Positions 59,760-64,000 of a DNA stretch of 64,000 nt are shown piece by piece. The number at the start of each line of letters is the position of its first letter. Within the stretch, counting starts at the first letter, position 1. Position numbers and translations under genes: made by a program. Below the pieces are notes generated by a model that was not told the DNA's origin, searched no databases, and was given only the letters and a program-made list of their open reading frames with translations. The stretch is taken from the NCBI RefSeq assembly GCF_036321535.1, contig NC_087438.1:111910001-111974000 (forward strand), in the 5' to 3' direction. This stretch comes from Camelus dromedarius. Taxonomy: Eukaryota.

Positions 59760-59900
59760 GAGAATAGAATTGGGAGGAGAGAGAGGGAGCGGAAGGAGGG
59801 AGGAGAGGGGGAGTTGTGGGTGAGGAGAGGGAGAGAAAGCCAAGAGGGAAGGAGGGGTAAAGGGAAGAGGAGGGAGGAAGAAAGATGGAAAGATACAGAG
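59760..59900. repeat. GA-rich low-complexity tract
   Basis: GGGAGGAGAGAGAGGGAGCGGAAGGAGGGAGGAGAGGGGG...GGAAGGAGGGGTAAAGGGAAGAGGAGGGAGGAAG. Confidence 0.85.
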
Positions 59901-60884
59901 AGATCTCCAAGGAAAGAACTGAAATCTGGATTGCCTAGAGTGGGGTTTCAGAGCATTTTCTCTGTATTCCGGAACCAGCCAGGGTAGGTCTTGGAGTTAC
60001 AATTCCCACAGACTGTTCTTAGGACCCTCCAGCAACCTGCCTTGGGGGTCACCAGTCCCCTGCTGTGACCATGCAGTTTGGGAATAACGTCTGGTGCTCT
60101 GGGTTGAGAAGGGAGGGAGGAGATTAAAATAGACATTTATTTATTTTTCATTTTGCATTTAGTGGGCTGACTGCTTTTCAGGATCTGATTATTCCCTCCC
60201 CGAGGGTCCTGTGGTCAGACACCAGCTGTGAAGATCTGTTACCATGGGTGACATTTGCATGCAATGAGGGCCTGCGCTGCCTGCTTTCCGAATGGCAGAT
60301 GGAGCAGCTAATCGATACAGTCTGGGAGATGGGCGTCCCCGCCCCCAGTGGCCCTGCCACACAATGACTGCTGAGCCCTAGGGGCTTGTGGAACACAGGC
60401 TAGTGACTGGGCCTTTGATTGGAAAAGACCTCGCTCACGAGGGGTTCTGGTCCCAGACAATGCCCTGTTCTTTACCAAGGTGGCCTCCTACACTTCCAGG
60501 ATTTTTACAGCCCCTGCCTCAGGCAACACCTGGGAAAAGCTGCTGCCAAACCCTTCTCTGTTCTGTGTGGATGATACTGAATATTCTATTCCAGGAAAGC
60601 TGGGCAGGCATTTTTTTTTTTAGCATCATCTGTGTTCAAGCAATACACTTGGCGGGGAGGAGAACGAGGTAATGTCCTGCCCTCCAGGACCTTATGATGT
60701 AATTAGGAGCTTTCAGTCTGGCCAAGGAGGAGCCAAAGCCACTCAGTCATCCATCCAACTCGCTTATTGAAAAACCTGCGCTGTGTTAGAGGTAGGGGAT
60801 ACGAAGATGGCCAAGAAGTGGTTGGTTCCGCCAGGACTATGTTTAACTCTGTATGCCATTGAACAACGGTAGCTAGGACTTAAC

Positions 60885-61010
60885 TGGATTTTTTCTCTGC
60901 ACTATCTCATTAAATGTTCTTAAATTTAAGAGATATCGCCTCCATTTCTGAATGAGGAAACTGAGGTCTATAATAGAGTGGTGATTTATACTGATCCACA
61001 GTTCAGGACT
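60885..61010 (-). mobile_element. MIR SINE
   Basis: ATCTCATTAAATGTTC...CTCCATTTCTGAATGAGGAAACTGAGG. Confidence 0.75.
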
Positions 61011-61113
61011 ATTTCCACTCATGTCTCAAGTGTTTTAGCGTTCGAAATTTGTATATATACATACAGACATTCTCTGGGTAAGATGTACTGAATGCCTAAT
61101 AACATGTTTATTA

Positions 61114-61481
61114 TGCTAGAAAACAAAATTCAACTGAGTAAAATTTAAAGATCTTACTGGCTTTATTTAACAATTCTCTAGCAGACAGAAGGGAGCTCCG
61201 AGGAGCTGTGCAAAATGAAAGACTTTTAAAAGAAGGGAGCAGGAACAAGGAAGTTATACTAGGCCAGAAATCGGACCGGTTACTGCAAGGTGACCTTCCT
61301 TTAGGGGATGGCAGGGGTCTAGCGGGCAGATCACCCAACTAATGCTGGTCAGGCGGTTCCTGTTGACTGGTTTAAGATTCCACTTCTGGGAGAACCCAAA
61401 CTGTAATTAAGTCTTGGTTTGGTGACGTGGGGCTTAGCAAATAAACGACTCTATTCTGGGTCTCTTTTCTTATTTTTAATG
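61114..61481 (-). mobile_element. ERV1-class (MER4/MER34-group-like) solo LTR
   Basis: AAAATTCAACTGAGTAAAATTTAAAGATCTTACTGGCTTTATT...GGAGCTCCGAGGAGCTG...AAGGTGACCTTCC...GGTTTGGTGACGTGGGGCTTAGCA...GACTCTATTCTGGG. Confidence 0.7.
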
Positions 61482-61859
61482 GTTGTTTTGGATTGCTTAA
61501 GATGAGATGGCGAGGAAAAAAAATTATTCCTTGGTTCCTTAATCCCAGTGGATTAAGAGTCAGGAAATCTGAGACCTCATACTTTTGAGTGATGTGGGAG
61601 TAGGCTGTTCATCAACCTGAACCTCAACTTTCTCGTCCTCAAGTAGGAATATTAAGGTTGGTGTTGTGCCTGCCTTATACGGGTTTTACCCAATGGAAAT
61701 CTTGTAAACATGTCATTCACGAACCCAGTGTGATAACACCTATGATACTCAGGTATCTTCTGGGCTTTATGAAGTTGTGTTTTTTCCTAGCCTCTGTTGC
61801 CATTATCACTGCTGCTGTTTCAGTTGAGGAGGCTTGTAGATAAGAAGTTCCTAGAATTG

Positions 61860-62320
61860 GGAGGGTAGTTCACTAAATAAACAAGGTGATTGCTTTTCCC
61901 TCTCCTTGCCCTTGCCATAAAAACTTGAAATAAAATACAGCCAAGTTTTCATCATGTCCCTCCTTCTTCCCTTTCTCCTCTCCCTGCCTCCCTCCCTCCC
62001 TCCCTCTCCAATTGGTAATTTATTTCTTTTAAGCCACTGCACATATAAGCATCACTATTTTAATTAGCGAGAAGCAAACAGAAGAAGCTAGAAGGCACAG
62101 CGAGAGAGCCCACCACTTGTGTGCTTTAATTATTCATCGAGGTAAATAAAATTAAATATTTTCCCAGCAATCCAGAGCAGGATCTGAAGTAATTACACTG
62201 TCAAATTCATCAAAAATTCTCTCATCAAAATAAAAACCTTGATGTCATTTAATAATTTATAGTACAAATACACAGAAATTGTCAAATATTATAAATAGAA
62301 AACTGCAGGGTAAGTGAGCT
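61860..62320. promoter_or_regulatory. Candidate enhancer with forkhead/homeodomain motif cluster
   Basis: TAAATAAACA (61874), GCCATAAAAA (61914), GCAAACA (62074), GTAAATA (62142), three TAATTA (62061, 62127, 62190). Confidence 0.3.
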
Positions 62321-63319
62321 TGAATTAGTTAGGGGTTATGTTCTAAGAAAGAGGCTGTCAAGAGCTGTATAAATTTTTAATCAGAAATATTTTTGAGGCC
62401 TAATTTAGAACACAGAATTATACCAAGAACTTGAGAATACAAAGAACACAGCAAAACAGCAACAAATTCCTGCTGCCTGGAGATTCATAAACGCTGCTTC
62501 TTGAGACAAACAAGACTCAAGATGATTTCAGGCAGAAGGAAGGAAGGTCGTCTTTGATGTTATGTATGTTCCAGATCACCTGTGACACTTCACATATTGT
62601 CTACACAGGTAACAAGTGAATTAATTAGCCTCCATGTAGAGACTCCAAATAGCAAATGGGAAAAGTCTCATTCATTTCCACCGAGAAAGGCAGTGTCAGC
62701 TACTGAAACTTGTAAAACAATGTTTGGTTCTGGAAACCATATGGTTTCATCCCAGTTTGAAATGGTTTTGATCTGCTGGGTTTCTGGGTGGAAAAAGCCT
62801 GAAGCAAACAGAGGAAACCCTATTTTTCTTTTCCTCTTTCTCTGAGAAGTGTTCTCATACATACGTGTCATGCCTTGCTCTCTGGGACTTCCTATCCCAG
62901 GACAGGCAAAGAGTGGGCAAGGCTTTGTTTTGCAAGGATGAGTCCAGGAGCAGCAGCTCCGCTGACCAGGAAGGGAGTTCAGAAATGAAAGCTGGGCTTT
63001 CAAGATGGCTAATAAGGAAAGAAGCAGGGCACACTTAAAAAAAAATTTTTTTTTTAACTTTATTATGTCATTGCAAGCATCTAAGAGTTTAGCATAAATG
63101 ATGACATGGTAATCTTTTACCAACAACAACAAAAAAAAAAGACAAGACAGATGACGTTTACACTTAAAACCTTTCAAAAGCTTCCTCTTCTTAGGATGAT
63201 ATAGAAGACCCTTCATAAGCCCTTCAAAGCCCTGGGGTTGTTGGTTCCTCTCGCTTTTCCAGGCTGATATCTCACCCCTCTGCCCCTTGCTGTCTGTGCT
63301 ACGAGGGTGCGGCTCTTCT

Positions 63320-63620
63320 GTCAGCCCCTCCAGCCTCCTCGGACTCACACTGTCCTCTCTGCTTGCTACTTTCTTCTCCCCTTCTTTGCCGGGCAAACTC
63401 CTCTTATCCTGCAGGGCTCAGCTTAGATGTTCTATCTTCCAGGAAGCCTTCCCAGATCACCAGCTGCCTGCGAGTTGTCCTCTTATACCTGCCCTGGCAC
63501 CTTGTACCACCCACGCCCCTTTTATAAGTGAGCCGCATGTGTTACACTGAGAATAAATTACTTGTAATGATGTACTTACTGTTTGTCTTCCAGAGCCTTG
63601 ATGAAGGCAGAGACCATGCA
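63320..63620 (+). mobile_element. L2 3' fragment
   Basis: AACTCCTCTTATCCTGCAGGGCTCAGCTTAGATG...CTTCCAGGAAGCCTTCCCAGATC...TTGATGAAGGCAGAGACCATG. Confidence 0.8.
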
Positions 63621-63699
63621 TGTGAGTGATCTTTCTTTTGACCCCCGTGAACCAACCCCTTTATGATCTGTAACCCCCACCCTACCTCCATATCTACCC

Positions 63700-64000
63700 C
63701 CTTCTTTCATTCTCTGACCTCCCCTCCCACCTCCCCATCAATGGTCCACTTAGATCAGCCTCCTCCTGGTTGCTGACCTGCTGCCCCCAGGGCCTCTCTG
63801 TGGAAGGCTCTTCCTCATGACCTGCGTCTTTAGCTCTTTTGGGTCTTTACTCACATGTCATTTCCCAAGTGGAGTTTTCCCTTTTTAAAATGTCTGTCCG
63901 CCTGCCAGTACTGTCTATTCCCTTTTCCTGCGTTTGGGGTCATCTTAGCATCTAGCAGTTAGCCTGCTCTGCACTTTCTTGTTTACCTTGTTACTCGTCT
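63700..64000 (+). mobile_element. L2 fragment running off the window end
   Basis: CAGGGCCTCTCTGTG...GAAGGCTCTTCC...TTTACTCACATGTCATTTCCCAAGTG...TTAGCATCTAGCA. Confidence 0.7.

Noticed and set aside
62668-63396. Longest ORF, 242 aa on the minus strand
   Set aside because: Starts inside an L2 fragment, crosses poly-A/poly-T runs (KKKFFFK), has no recognisable domain and no exon structure; consistent with a chance ORF.
1-64000. CRISPR arrays, rRNA, snRNA/snoRNA, prokaryote-style operons or defence systems
   Set aside because: No regularly spaced repeat-spacer array, no recognisable structural RNA and no dense coding; the sequence is typical mammalian non-coding DNA.

Overview
Mammalian, gene-poor, non-coding DNA (intergenic or deep intronic). 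It is most likely from a camelid: there is a tRNA-Ala(AGC)-derived Vic-1-type SINE with a target-site duplication (TSD) at ~35.95 kb, and I saw no Alu, BovB/Bov-tA, PRE-1 or Can-SINE. I found no protein-coding exon, rRNA, true tRNA, CRISPR array or recognisable gene; all supplied ORFs look like chance ORFs. Much of the window is fossil transposable elements, dominated by ancient MIR and L2 fragments, plus L1ME/L1MC pieces, MaLR/ERVL/ERV1 LTRs and many DNA-transposon MITEs (MER53, MER81, MER102, MER5A, MER8, MER58A, MER20, and a ~1.4 kb hAT-Tip100-like fossil). Only about three insertions look lineage-young: the SINE, an L1 3' end nested in an L2, and a CpG-rich solo LTR. The unique DNA between repeats holds several enhancer- or promoter-like islands: an orphan CpG island with a G-quadruplex, C/EBP palindrome and nearby CTCF-like site at ~10.7-11.5 kb, and others at ~30, ~49.4, ~53.8 and ~62 kb. 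All four N gaps fall inside such islands. I do not see a novel multi-gene system. The best leads are the orphan CpG island, the intact-looking solo LTR, and an inverted MER20 pair sharing apparently derived substitutions. Repeat family names come from my recollection of consensus sequences (no RepeatMasker/Dfam run), and most repeat boundaries are approximate (+/-20-30 bp).
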